DNA of 63,995 bases, filler included, from Basidiobolus ranarum (lineage: Eukaryota), in NCBI GenBank assembly GCA_040143965.1. It is 3 parts of 3 records of this genome, joined end to end, with 100 filler letters (N's around TTAATTAATTAA, not from the genome) between each part and the next. Parts side by side here need not be neighbours in the genome. Positions count along the whole stretch, not along the records: positions 1 to 23,110 come from JASJQH010007049.1; positions 23,211 to 46,273 come from JASJQH010007050.1; 1 more part is not named here. One strand, given 5' to 3'. A program made the translations under genes and the position numbers. The first letter of the stretch is position 1. Every line of letters starts with the position of its first letter. The notes below the pieces were generated by a model. It did not search any database, was not told the DNA's origin, and was given only the letters and a program-made list of their open reading frames with translations. Of the stretch, positions 13,501 to 26,800 are shown in pieces.

Positions 13501-15990
13501 CTGAATACTGATTCTGGAGATACATACATAATAGATAAAGAAGTGAGTAATTACAATAGTGAAAATCGATCTTGCTCAGGTAAAGATTCGATCTTCTAGT
13601 TGCTCAATATCAGATATATGAGCGGAGTATTGACAGAAATCTTTATCAGCAATGGCTCGGGGAGCAACTACTTTTCAAGGTGCTTCCAAGACTCATGCTG
13701 TGGCTAGCTTAACAACACAATGGTAGTGCATTTCATCTGACAGAGACATAGATAAGTTAGACGGTTTCAACATGGAGTATTCAAAGCTCTAGGGGAATAC
13801 TTCCCCAGAATTCCTGACCTCAGCCTGGAAAACTCTAGCCGCAGTCTGGCTCCTCACCAAATCATGATTTTAATCGAATTGAGTGACTGAATTTGAGTTC
13901 ACCATCTAGACGAATTGTCGGATTTTCAGCGGACTCTCGGCTACGATAATAATATACTTCGGCCCTGTCTCAGTTAACGCCGAAAAAGGAGAGGTATATA
14001 ATGCGATAGGCCTATCTCCATTATTCAAAACTAGTTTGAAGATTCATTTCTCTCAGTGTCACTAAAATACACATTCTTACACATGTAGAGCATTATGCTG
14101 TGTATCGGGAAGAATACATCATACTCCTAGATTACTGTGCTGATTGATGGTTGTATTTGGTAACTCTTCGGCACTCTTCCACATCATAAGCAACTTGCAG
14201 CACGAGTTCGTACTATAGATTAAATGAATGGATAGATCCTCATTGAGATACCGGTAGGGTGAGGGATTGAGTGATCATCATATTGGAAGCATGCAGGCTG
14301 TTTCAGTAGTAACATTGTGTCGAAACATAACCTGATGAGATATTGGATTACCGATCCGGATATTGCCTCAATATTAATCGAATTGAGCAACGCTTGGAAT
14401 TGTCTGCAGCACTTTCTCACGTTCTTTCATTATTTCCCAACTATTGGTATCAAGGGTAGGTATTTCTGAATCACAGCACTAATCATATATGGTCAATGAA
14501 AAAATCCCAACTTCAAACTTCAATATCGCTAACAATGCCTCCACTTTATAATTTAAACTATTGTTTGCTACACTAGATGCTGAACATATCTAAATCGGCT
14601 TAGTTTTGAATAAACTGAAGTTATGGCTAATTAGAGCTCACGTAAGTGTCATATCTTGGCCGGGCTTCCATGGATTAGAAAGTTTCAGAGATTCCACAAG
14701 AGTTACGATTGTACAGAGCTGTGGCAATCCTGTGTAAGAACATACTAGCCAGATGAATAACTCAGATAGCAAGCGGTTCCCATGGAGACACTAGTTGCAA
14801 TCGTTAGTAATTAAATATTGACTGATTTTAGCATCTAACGATAACGATGTCATTTTGTAAATCCAAGTTTCCAGGGTGTCATGGCGGTAAGTAGGGGTAA
14901 AATGAGATTGAAGCTTTTACTATACTATATTACCTAGAAAGGAAGTTTGAGAATTCCTAGCATGAAGGTCCATGTCAAACTTGCCCTGTTGGTACCAATA
15001 AATATAGTATTGCTGCCAGCAACTGGTAATAACTATACTATTAAACCAAATCCCCCTCCGGATTCCTTCGGGCAAGAATATATCGAGACAAGGTCCTACT
15101 TGTCCACCTGGTGGTTACTAGTATTAATGTTGCCACCTGGACTCCGTCAAGCTCGCTCGTCATCCACGTACATCGCTTGAGTAACCTTCTGACGGCACAT
15201 GGGGATCTGATTGGTTTTAAATCCGTATGAAAACCTTCAAATGAATCTCGCAATGAACACAGACTATTTACTCTGTTTGTGATACCAATATGGCTCAATA
15301 TAACATGAATTAGAGTAGCTCAGGCGGTCCAGGTTTCGGAAACATCCAGAGGGTCTACTTTTTCGTCATGGTAGAGATCCTACTGGAGATAGATAAATGG
15401 ATGTGGTGAGATAATTGCTAGTAATCTCGATCTTCTGATCATCTAAATATCATATCTATCCTGTATATACATTGTGTAACGAGAGGGACAAATAACCTTC
15501 ATCTGTATCTTGGATTTTAGATGCAGTGGCATGGGTACCAATCATGAAGATTGTAAGAGGCGTGATATCTCTTTTCTTGCTTTCTCTGACCATTGGATTG
15601 AAGGCAACATATTTTGTGCGGTTGAAAATCATCCTAGAGTAAAAATAAGGCTATTTCTAAAATGAGATGGGAGGAATAAATTCACCTATTTTATGTAGTA
15701 TTGGCTGTAATCAAGTCAATACTTCCTGGTTCTGCCAGCATTTTTGCAAAGGGTACCAATGAGTTCATCCTGAGTATCGTGTGGTATCCGAGGCAATACA
15801 TATCAGCCACGATAATTCGATAAAATACAAATGTAAAATTGCAGTTTTTATCTTATAGTTTACTGTCATGAGAAATGCGCTTTAAGGCTTTTATCTATGC
15901 TTTGAATGATTTCTATTTTATGGAATTCGCCCTAGAATTATTTTGATGACCTCCTTAAGAGACAGTGTTACGATCAGATACATCATTTAG

Positions 15991-16000
15991 ATATATAAAA
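15991..16000 (+). promoter_or_regulatory. Probable TATA box of the first zinc-finger gene
   Basis: ATATATAAAA about 200 nt upstream of the ATG at 16198. Confidence 0.45.
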
Positions 16001-16197
16001 GTAGCTGTCTATCATACAGACCCTTTCAACTAGAGTTTCATACTGCATTCGCCGCGTTATCGTTTCCTCTCATCCTTCTGTTGCAAGCAAAGAGAATATT
16101 TAACAGTAACTTTAGATCTTCTATTGAAGCAACCATCAGTACGACTTTCAATATTCACCAGAAGAAACCTAATTTCGATACACTATCCACAAGAACC

Positions 16198-17154
16198 ATG
16201 CTTCCATCTAATACTCTTCCCAATGAACTGATATCTTCCTTTACAAGCTATACGATGTCCACAAGTCAAGAAACCACAGCTGGTCATGCCCCCTACTTTA
16301 AACCCACCCAAAATCCTCACTTCGACATATGTGAGTCTAACAGAGGTGATTCTTATCAGAATCCCTATATAAAAGAAGAGCGTGTGTATACCTCCTCTCC
16401 AACTAGCCAGAGCAATATGAGCCAATGGAGGAATCATCAGCCTACAAATCGTTTGTCAGAGTTCAACTACGACTTTTCTACCAGAAAACACTCATCCCCA
16501 ACGGAGAGTGAGTGTAGTAGTACATTTTCAAGCCCGGGCGTTTCTTGTGGAAGAAAATCTGTAACTACGTTATCTGAGTGTTCAGGCAGTATATCCAAAG
16601 TGAGTGATATACATAAGCTTCTAAATTATGAAGAAAATAGCACAAGTGTCACAGCCCTACCTTTAAACACTGAGTTTAGAGCCAACAAACTTCCAAACAT
16701 GTACTCCGCAACTTCACCAACTCATACATCATTCCATCCGGAATCTCAGTCACCTTATGCCATCAAAGCTCAATATCACCCGTATTTAGGCAACTCAAGA
16801 GGCCTATATCACCCACGCGCTGTATCATTTAATACCAATCCTACGTTACAAGGCCACTGCTTAGAAAACTCGAACCCACATGACAGATATTATTCCTATT
16901 TGCATGGTAATCCTTACACAAATCCAATCGATGCCAAAAACCATTTGTGCCAGTATCCTGGTTGTTATATGCGATTCAAACGTTTAGAACACTTGAAACG
17001 ACATTTCCGTGTTCATACCTTAGAGCGTCCGTATGCATGTACTCACAACGGATGTGAAAAGACATTCTCACGGCGCGACAATCTTGGCCAACACCTCAAA
17101 ACTCACGAGCGTCGAGTACAGAGACAAGAGCAACTTCAGAAGTCCGATTCTTGA
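16198..17154 (+). CDS. C2H2 zinc-finger transcription factor (two C-terminal fingers, Msn2/Ste12-type), single exon
   Basis: CQYPGC...[26 protein letters not shown]...[14 protein letters not shown], with a Ser/Pro-rich N-terminal region. First in-frame ATG is 16198 (the ORF track starts at an upstream TTG). Confidence 0.9.
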   Translation: MLPSNTLPNELISSFTSYTMSTSQETTAGHAPYFKPTQNPHFDICESNRGDSYQNPYIKEERVYTSSPTSQSNMSQWRNHQPTNRLSEFNYDFSTRKHSSPTESECSSTFSSPGVSCGRKSVTTLSECSGSISKVSDIHKLLNYEENSTSVTALPLNTEFRANKLPNMYSATSPTHTSFHPESQSPYAIKAQYHPYLGNSRGLYHPRAVSFNTNPTLQGHCLENSNPHDRYYSYLHGNPYTNPIDAKNHLCQYPGCYMRFKRLEHLKRHFRVHTLERPYACTHNGCEKTFSRRDNLGQHLKTHERRVQRQEQLQKSDS

Positions 17155-20100
17155 GTATGAAATGGCCTGGGTCAATGTTTTCAGTGTGTTAGATATCTTG
17201 TTAGATTTGATCAATATCCTTGTAATTATAGTTATTTATTTTAACAGTTAGTACTCCCCAATTTTAGTTGTATCCGTATGTTTTGTCTATTGTTAGATGT
17301 TGAATATCTCTTGTTAGAAGTTGGATTAAAACCCATTGTTTTCCATTCCGAACAAACCATTGCCTTAGTTTTACTGCCCTAGTTATTGTGCCGTTGAGTT
17401 CATACATGATGTAAGGCTTAATTTAACACACACCAATAGATTTATTGAGCACTATCCTCAAAGCGGAATACCTTCGCTGTGGTCGGGTACAACCTCAACC
17501 TCTATCAAAGATTAATATCCATATGGAGATTTGATCATAGTATGAAGTTACCCGAAGACTGAGTGCCATTGGGTGCATGCAGTGTTGATGAAATGCTTAA
17601 TCAGGATCTGTGTTTGAGGAAACATCGGGGAATCTTGGCATTTGAAACATGGCTAGACAAGACCCTTTAACACGTGATGAGCCTGTTCGTTGTAAGTGAA
17701 CACAGATAGCGCGCTACACAAGTCTAGCCATCGCCACAATGGCACTGGCGTGTGTCGTATCCAGTTTCCTTCCCCATGAGTTGGCCTCGGAAGACCATTA
17801 CAATGATGAAGATTGCTTTAAGATTTTCAATCTCAAACTGAATATAGAACACACATCTACTTTGGGTGGTTGGTGAGACTTGCTATTGATGGTAGATCCT
17901 ATACCAATGGGTCTCATCTACGCTGTGCATAATGATTTACTGATTCAAGATCTACGCTAACTAATAAACTGCCACCGGTTATTCCACAACTGCTGCTCGA
18001 TTCTGTACTCGGGTAAATTCTATATATACATATATCATCCATATGCTGCATTTCTGATTGATGCATCTGATATTAGGGTGTGTTCATGGCACCCTTTTGA
18101 CCTGAATCTTTCACACCGTCGGTTTAATAATTCATATGGAGTTTCTTATTTGATCCGAGGGATTTTGTTTGGTTCGTCAGCCTTACAGAGTACATAATTG
18201 GACAACTGCAATCCTCAAAATCCACAGATATCCTTAGATATACGGGATGTTTCTCTTCAAGTATTCAGAAGGTGATTACCGCCTATTGGGCGCTTTTACT
18301 GCTACCCTAGTAAAGGGCGGCGACTTCCTAGAGCGGTTGCGATGGAGAAGATGTAGGCCCAAGAGCCTTGGTTTCTCACCGGCAAAGTGGTTCGAGTCAG
18401 TCTCTCTCAAGTATATGCGATTAAGTGTTGTGGATCTGTGATACAACTCTATTAAGCTACGTGAAAATAGTGTATCGTGGGAACATGGATTCATTTGAAA
18501 CTCCAAGGGTTTAAATCATTTTAATAAGAATACAATATGGATCCAAATAGGTAAGCTACGATCTCCGCCATTCCATCTACCAAAAGTCCGGAATAGTGTT
18601 TGAAAATTGAAGTGAAAATTAATGTTTCCCACTTTCTCACCAAAGGCCCTAGAATTTTGACCATTCATATTGTGTATAGATGATACCATTAGCCTAAAAT
18701 AGGACTCGAAGTGAGGATATCCAGAGATAAGTGGAGCCAAATGGGTATCTATCTTTGAAATAGGATTATAACAGGAAAGTGTGGAAATCTGATCATTTAT
18801 TCAACTAGTTGAAGATCGAGAAATTCGTTCAATGGGATCTTTAACTTGGTTATGGTACCAATTCATTTACCAATTCTCTAGTGCATGGAGTGCCAGTTAT
18901 CCCATTACAAGCTTCATTTGGAAATTTCAATAACATGAGTGAAGGGTCACCTATATAAGACTATGATACAGCATACTGTCCAACATAGAGCACCTATGTA
19001 CGTGATAACATCGAGCGGGATTCATATACTCTTTGATAAGTTTGTTCTGATCAAAGCGCTGCTAGCTTAGGCTTGCATTGCAATTAAGAGGCTACAGGGA
19101 ATCGAGGCAGCCATTATTCAGGCTGATAGGTAAAACCAAACAGTCATAAGAAGAAACGCTTGAAGTGGTATTTTAGAGGCCCTGAGAGTGTTTAGGACTA
19201 AAGATATTATATCGGAGATGCTCATTAATATTCTCAATGCTATTAAGTACCCCAATCTTTGTAAAAAGGTAATGATACCACTGGGATTCAGAAGCAAATC
19301 TTCAATAGGCCATACAATTAACTGAAGTCTTTGAAATATTCCATTTGTATACGAGTTGCACAATAAATGATTCATTCCACTAATGGAAGGATTATCAGCA
19401 GGCGCTAGAATTTAATACGACCATCATGTACTACACCACTTATCTCTCTTACGGAAATTCCAGTTCATCTTTACTGGAATCCCTTGTCATTGTCCTTTGA
19501 GTATATCCCCAAGTACTCCTAGCGTGTATCTCTACACATCGTATTTGGAGCTTACGATTCACATACGAAAGCCTTCCGTAAAAGTGTGCTCAGTGGAATA
19601 CATATTAAGACCCAGCTGACTCATGTACATCGTATGTTGATGGGCTTGAAAAGATTGATCTGTTCATTGCTGTCTCAAAAAAGATTGGGATCCTAGTCAT
19701 GCCGTCGGTCATTATCACCATAAATAGTAATATGTAGCAAAAGATGGATCGCATGGTTTTTACACGTTTTAATAAAATACTCGAATCTCCTTTCCCATTG
19801 GTAACGAGATTCTGGACATGGCTGAGCTAGTGAATAATCATAGCTGCGTAGGGGCGCCATATTTATTATACATTCCTGAATGTCGAGGTCTGATAGTCGA
19901 GATATTCAAGTGTACCGAAAGTTTATTAGCCTTCCTTAATACTAAGCACACTTTCAATCCTTGACTAAAGCCGAGATACTAAGAATGTTTACATCCACTT
20001 TTAAACAATATTATTGGACAAATCCAATCTTAAATAATAGTTGCAAGGGCCAACTACTCACCATACATATTCTCTCCTATATATCCAACTCAATACTTCA

Positions 20101-21298
20101 TAAAAGGAAACAAGATATAGATGCTGATTTTAAGTCTTATTTACGGAATTACGTAACACCAAATGAGATCTCGAAGAATTGTAGATTCAAACTGCTATCT
20201 TCATCGTTTTGGCATTTCAACGCTCTTCAACTGGCTTTCTGATGGTCAACTTGAATTTCTAGTGGTGCTCTATTACATATTTCTCAAGATAGTAGATATA
20301 TACTCTTTTGTAACACCCATTGTGTAACTCAAGTTCCGAATCTCCCTCATTCAGCATCCAGTCATTAAGTTGGTTTTGTACTATGATCGACAACTCTTGT
20401 ACCAAGTGAATGAAAATATTTCGGAGTAGTCTATACCATATTACTCTATAATTCCTTTTTCAAAAAGTATTGCTTTATAACATTAAGTAGTCTCGTCTAA
20501 TTTCGCTTTCAATTTTGTAGAAGTTCATTTTCTTGAGTTTGTTAGCTTTATGTTCATTGAAGCTATCATGTCCAAGTTAGAATGTATTAACGAAGTATCA
20601 CTTGGTTCAGCATTCAAGCAAAATGTAGCATATTTAGAATATTCAATATTTGTATACTGAACAAGGAAGCAAGTCACATTTTTAGCATCCATTTTAGATG
20701 CATCTTAGAAATGTTGAGAAAATGCCATTTTTTTAATAGCCCAAAGCTCTCAAAGTTTCTTAGTACTCTAAATACATAAAGTCACAGGTAGTGCTCATTA
20801 TTCTAAAAAAGTAAATTCATATCAAGACTTGTACTGCAATTGTCCAAAAATTAGCAAAGTTATATTTAAAACAGAAGTCATACTAATTTACCAGATTTTA
20901 CTCCTTCATATATCTCGAAGAGAAAGTGATTGTTATTTTTGGCCTTGCCTTCAGATTAGTTAATTTCTTGTTGGTTTTCACACTCAACAAATAATACCAC
21001 CACAGCTAATAGATAGACTGAAGTCAGTTGTCGTTGCTATAGGAGTTTCATCATCAAGGAAGAATGTGAGAGTTACCAAATTTAATAACTAGGCTCAAAG
21101 TACCAAATAAGAAATCAAGTGTACATGAATATAGAAGTGAGAATTGTTGCTACATAAGTTTGGAAAACTACTGTGATACCACGTTGTAAATTATCAGGAA
21201 AGATGACGGGAAACTATACACACAAATGTAATGTGGCTGACTCTTGAAAGCTTCAGCATAAGTAACAGATTGGAAATACTACGGTATTCTGCCATTCG

Positions 21299-22243
21299 CT
21301 AGGATTTAGTGGGTTTGTACTGATTTCGTTTCTGTGCACGACGTTCATGAGTTTTGATATGCTGGCTGAGGTTGTCACTTCGTGAAAAGGTTTTACCACA
21401 TCCTTCGTGAGTACAGGGAAATGGCTTTTCCATAGTATGAACTCTAAAATGGCGCTTCAAGTGCTCTAGCCGTTTGAATCGCATATTACATCCAGGAAAT
21501 TCGCATGTGTGATTCTTTGTATCTAAAAAGATTACTTGATGGTATCCACAATCCTGAAGATTACCGGTTTTGGTTGAACTGAAGTCAGCAGATACGTAAT
21601 AATGAGGCTGATGGGATTCAGGGATACAACTAGTAACTCGATTTTTACTAAAATCTCCTGAAGTTCCGAAGTATGGATGACAGTGGGGGAAATGATTATA
21701 AATAGAAGAATCCAGCGTAGTGGGAATATTTGGGGGCTGACGAATTGTTCGGTCAGCCGAGTTGGAACGTAGTGTGGAGGTAACACGATCTTTGGTGCTA
21801 TGATGAGGGTTTTCATCAGACCCCTCGTCATTCAGAAGTTGATGGATATTACTTACTTTTGGAGGTAATGATGAGTACTCGCAATTCTCTTGTAAATTCA
21901 AGGTACCTCTACACTCTGAAATCGAGGTTCTTCTGACTAATGAACTTGGTTTGCGATTTGATGAGCTTGAGTTGGGCCACTGATGTAGCCTTGCAGATCC
22001 CCTACCTTTGTATAATCGACCTTCAGTATAGCTTCCAGCAGAGATTGACTCTGGCCTCTGCGAAGGGTCGATTGAAGTAAATGAAGCGTTTAAATGCGAG
22101 ATGTCTGAAGAACTAGGGTCCGATACGAGGAATCTTTCGTTTGGATGACTAGAGTGATCAAGCTTAGCTGCATGGGTGGTATTAAAGCGCCTGTTTCTAA
22201 CTTGAGATGCCTTGTTGGCTTGATGAGCGAGTCCATGCATCAT
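21299..22243 (-). CDS. C2H2 zinc-finger transcription factor, paralogue of the 16198-17154 gene
   Basis: CEFPGC...[26 protein letters not shown]...FSRSDNLSQHIKTH; shares several short upstream motifs with the first copy. Confidence 0.9.
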   Translation of the reverse strand: MMHGLAHQANKASQVRNRRFNTTHAAKLDHSSHPNERFLVSDPSSSDISHLNASFTSIDPSQRPESISAGSYTEGRLYKGRGSARLHQWPNSSSSNRKPSSLVRRTSISECRGTLNLQENCEYSSLPPKVSNIHQLLNDEGSDENPHHSTKDRVTSTLRSNSADRTIRQPPNIPTTLDSSIYNHFPHCHPYFGTSGDFSKNRVTSCIPESHQPHYYVSADFSSTKTGNLQDCGYHQVIFLDTKNHTCEFPGCNMRFKRLEHLKRHFRVHTMEKPFPCTHEGCGKTFSRSDNLSQHIKTHERRAQKRNQYKPTKS

Positions 22244-23110
22244 AACTCCGAAATATCAACACCTGGAGGTATATATAAAATGGTTCCTATCAAATACAGA
22301 ATTGGCTATTGAGAGTGCCTAAAGCCCTGATATATCGACAGAACAAGAATGAGCTTCGGGGAGGATTGAAAGAAAAAAGCTCACCAACATCCACACGAAA
22401 TCTTGAAAATCGCAGCAGGAATGTTTAGCTTATATAGAATCCATCATTAGAAAGCTTTTTCCAACCAATTTGGGTATTGGTGATAGCTCACACGTTATGA
22501 CGATTCACCTTCTGTTGTACCAAACTTGCCCAACTTGATGACATTCTGTTTCCCATTGATAGCGCAAATCAAATATCATTTGCAAATAAATGAATGTATT
22601 TCACTTTGCCTAATCCTTCTGGATCAATTCTATCCAATCTCCGTGCGTCCAGATCTGATGATCTTTTATATGAAAAATCAGAAATATGAATGCCATACGC
22701 CAAATCTAACTGACTAGAATATTGGATGTAGATTACTCGATGGCCCAAGACTAGATATACAGCGAGTTTGTAACTAGAACAGAATATCACAATTGAATGT
22801 GCTTTATGCGGCAACTTTGGCTAACCAAGACCCTGCGCTATAATCAGGATGCTCTAACAATATCACTAACCAGTGAAACAGTTGGTTGTGAGAGCCGAAA
22901 TATCAATATTTCAGGCAAGATCAACGGAACTCGAAAGCAAACGGCAGACTGGCTTTCCGCAAAAAAGTACAAGTATTAATCCAGTTTGAGTATTATTTGT
23001 AGTTTGAAAATTCAAACAGCGTATCTCTAGTATATTGGTGGCTTATTCCAATCGTCGGTCGATTGAAAGTGGTAAATCTATGGGCTGAGTAAAAAGGCTG
23101 GGCTGCTGAG

Positions 23111-23210
23111 NNNNNNNNNNNNNNNNNNNNNNNNNNNNNNNNNNNNNNNNNNNNTTAATTAATTAANNNNNNNNNNNNNNNNNNNNNNNNNNNNNNNNNN
23201 NNNNNNNNNN
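23111..23210. other. Artificial 100-nt contig spacer with six-frame stop linker
   Basis: 44 N, then TTAATTAATTAA (23155-23166), then 44 N; same design as 46274-46373. Confidence 0.97.
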
Positions 23211-23256
23211 TGAACATTTGCCAATTTTAAAATCACTATTTCGCTACTCCACCAAA

Positions 23257-23817
23257 ATGACCAAAGAAGCCCAAGATGTTGAGAAAGTCCGTCGTCTGTT
23301 TCGTCTCTGTCCTAATTTTCCCTTGAAGGGAATTCCATTCCAAGATGTCTTTCCTGTATTCCGTGACCCAGTTGCCGTTGAAATTATGATCACTCATTTC
23401 GCTCAGCACGTTCTTTCCACTCACAAGGAAAAGATTGATGTAGTAGTTGGTCTTGATGCACGAGGCTTCTTACTTGGCCCATTGATCGCTCTTCGTTTAG
23501 GGGCCTCTTTCATTCCCGTTCGTAAAGCTGGCAAGCTTCCCGGACCTAACATTCAAGTAACATATCAAAAAGAGTATGGTCCGGATACTTTTGAAATGAA
23601 TGAGGATGCAATTGAGCCTGGACAAAATGTGATTATCGTGGATGATGTTATTGCCACTGGTGGTAGTGCTAAAGCAGCTGGACAACTTGTTGAAAAATTG
23701 AATGGGAATATTTTGGAATATCTATGTCTACTTTCTGCTGAAGAAGTGGATTTCAGTGAAATGCTTGGGTACCCAGTATATTCTATGGTTAAGGTTCCCT
23801 CCACACTTCAAGAGTAG
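23257..23817 (+). CDS. APT1: Adenine phosphoribosyltransferase (APT1-like) with a divergent C-terminus, single exon
   Basis: PNFP..GI.FQD, GLDARGF, VRKAGKLPG, YQKEYG loop and the PRPP motif VIIVDDVIATGGSA. ATG at 23257. Confidence 0.9.
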   Translation: MTKEAQDVEKVRRLFRLCPNFPLKGIPFQDVFPVFRDPVAVEIMITHFAQHVLSTHKEKIDVVVGLDARGFLLGPLIALRLGASFIPVRKAGKLPGPNIQVTYQKEYGPDTFEMNEDAIEPGQNVIIVDDVIATGGSAKAAGQLVEKLNGNILEYLCLLSAEEVDFSEMLGYPVYSMVKVPSTLQE

Positions 23818-26800
23818 ATTCTATGTACATGATTTTGGTTTATTGGGATGAATTATTTAAATCGGATTTCTGTTCACCCAAGAATATATTGGTATTAAAG
23901 TTGAATAAATCCCCCCAATTAATAAGTGATTTGGTTGGTTCTATTCGTATTCGTAACTGTTACCTAAGAACCCTTGAGATTCTTTACATTTCATTTAACT
24001 TAGTGGATGACTGATTTCGCCAATACGCATACTTGTTTCATACCAAATGCACTGCAATTACTCCTAATTTGTTCATAAGAAGTGATATTAAATCCTAAGT
24101 ACGAACTCACTTCATCAATAAGTTCGAGATTTCAGCAAGTTGATATAAAAACGAGAAGTGTACCAGAACATTACAAGGTGGCTATTTCCGTTTCCAGATG
24201 ATTTCTGTGGTCTCTAGCACTAAATGGATGAGGCTTCCTGAGCTCCTAGTATAGGTTTATTTGTCCAAGTATTAACAGCCTTACTATACCATTAACAGGG
24301 CTTTTGTTACATAATATTGTAGATGGACATACAGCTACAAGTTCCATCACAATAGACCTGTTTCAATTGATTGTGACAGCTGGTATTGTACAATATTAGG
24401 TTAACTAGTTCTTAGTTTATTCAACTTAATCTACCACTATTTAGCAACCTCAAGACTGCTCATTATATTCTATCAAATTGAACCAAGGTTAAGTAGCTCC
24501 TGGTTATGATCGAATATGTCTAACGAATACTTATCCTCCACCTCTCTGGCCTCGATGGAACTTCTTAATGGCACTGTAGGAATTGAAGCTTTCTGCACTG
24601 CCCTGTATGTCTAATATTTTAGGTATGCTAAATATGCAAAAATTTTCACTAAGCTAAAGTTTTACACAACAAAATACAAACATTATCATGAAATGATCGC
24701 TAAGAAAGGAACTGATCACAATCTCTGAAAGAAGCCCTCAAGACATATTGAAGTTGTAAAATTTAAATAATGGTGCGCTATCAACTCTACCGTATAAATA
24801 CCGTCGTTTCGGAGGATCTACATCTAGTCAATGAGTATATACGATTCTCCCACCATATCTATACTTGGTATTCAGAACACACACCTTTACCATAGATAAA
24901 TATTAGGCTGAGATCCATCATTATGTATGTGTGAAAGTACTAATATAGAATTTTGGATGACTCATGTCGGATGTATAGTCATGTCAAAATCTAGCATTCT
25001 CTGCTTCAAATAGATTGGGTATGGCTACCATATGAGGAAATATATCAATAGTAGCTTTATGGAGGAGCAGGCGTAAATCCAGGCCATGTACTGAATATTA
25101 TCATATTATTAACGAATATCACTGTGCTAGAGAGAGTATCCTAGAGTCAAGTGTTGCCCGAAAACTGGGGACTTCTATTGAATAGATTGGAACATTCGTT
25201 ACTATACTATAGTAATAAATGAAATGAATCGACCACCATGGCATGTTGAGATGGAAGGGAATAGTATGGTGCTTGGTAATATACTGAGCTTAGGGTTGCC
25301 ATATCTCGTCGTAAATAAGGTTTAAAAATATCTCAGCTATCAATTCAAGAAAAGTCACTAGTCGCTAGAAAGAAGCCTCAGCTGTACTGTCGATATCGGT
25401 AATAATCCACAGAAGCCTTTTACCGACGACAGTTATTTATCCATCATCCAACAATATCAAACACAGATTTACACTACATCGATGCCAGTCAAATAGACCA
25501 TATTTAGAAATAACTTTGGCAACAATGAGGTTAAACAAAGGATTGTGTGACTCTATTGCCCTATGGTGTCTGTGAAGCCCAAAGCATATTGATGTTTCTG
25601 ATACTGGAGAATGAAAAAACTCTTGGGTAAAGGCTATAAGTAAAGCACTCGATCAATGTAGAAGCTACAAGACCAGAATCAGACTCTAAGACCAAAGATC
25701 TCTAATCCCAGTAGATTGGAATAGTTATCCCCAAATTGTTTACTGCAGTCGAAACAAGATTTGGATCAATTGAATCCGAAACACGCGGTGTAATGTTGTA
25801 CGGCACGTTAAAGGTGATGACACTTTTGGAAATTGATGAAAAATTTTATTCTCATGGATTTATTTGGGTCCCAGTTGATTTAACTTCTCTGCTTCAGAGT
25901 ATGGACTAGCATTACTACCCAGCAACACTATGCATTTCCGCAGAGACATTGGTTCAGTTTTGGAGTGCTGAAAGTACAACATTTAATGGGGCATTCGCGT
26001 TACGTGAACTTCCTTACTCCCCCTTCCTATTTCCTAAACAATATGTGTCAATCTCCCACTTGGCTGTATATTCAAAGCTTTACTGGCTACAACGCAGTTG
26101 GCTGGTTTAGGTCTACTGTAGAACATGCTGGTTATCCCACCTGCAGTTCGCTCTAAGCACCCTTTATCATAAGCTAGTCGGGGAAGGAAAATAGCGACAT
26201 ATTGATTAGTAATGTACTTACTCGAACATCTCTGAATTCCCCATTTAAAATGTGGTAACCATAAATGCACAAGCCGATTTCCCCTCCACATTGTAGCAAC
26301 GCATTTGCTATATCTGTATTTTGGGATCTCTAATTCGGGAATGATGGAATGGTCTTCTTAAGGCTTAGCCTTAAGTTGTATGGGAGTTGGGGATAGAGAT
26401 TTCAAAGCCAGAATGATGTTTCACAAATGGAATATCAACTTGGTGGCAATCAAATGGTGAACACATGAACATAACGAATCCAGCAAATAAGGATCGGCCA
26501 GATTGTTCTCAGAATAGAAAACTAGCTAAGCTCAAGCGTAAATGCAGATTTTGTTCGTTTACAGAGTTAGCTTTATGCCCAGAATGACCGATTGATTCCG
26601 ATTCAGTCCATTCAACTACCTAAGACTCTGTTTAGAATTAGCTAGTCGTCTGTAGTCCTTGTAGCCACTTGGTGCATCCAGCTTAGATTTGATTCGCCAT
26701 TTGCTTTCTTTCGAATCAATATTTTGCTTTGGAAATAAAAAGTCTTCCGAACTCCCGATGCAGTTTTACCATACCATATAGAGATAGTTTTAAGCTGTAT

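Noticed and set aside
18340..18410. GGTTCGAGTC B-box-like motif suggesting a tRNA
   Set aside because: The flanks do not form a T-stem or acceptor stem, and no cloverleaf can be drawn.
22271..22300. Similarity to the TATA region at 15991-16020 (atatataaaa...ctatca..tacaga)
   Set aside because: Wrong orientation relative to the second zinc-finger gene, short and AT-rich; probably coincidence.
23155..23166. TTAATTAATTAA palindrome (also at 46318-46329)
   Set aside because: Centred in N runs with an identical layout twice, so it is an assembly linker and not a biological site.
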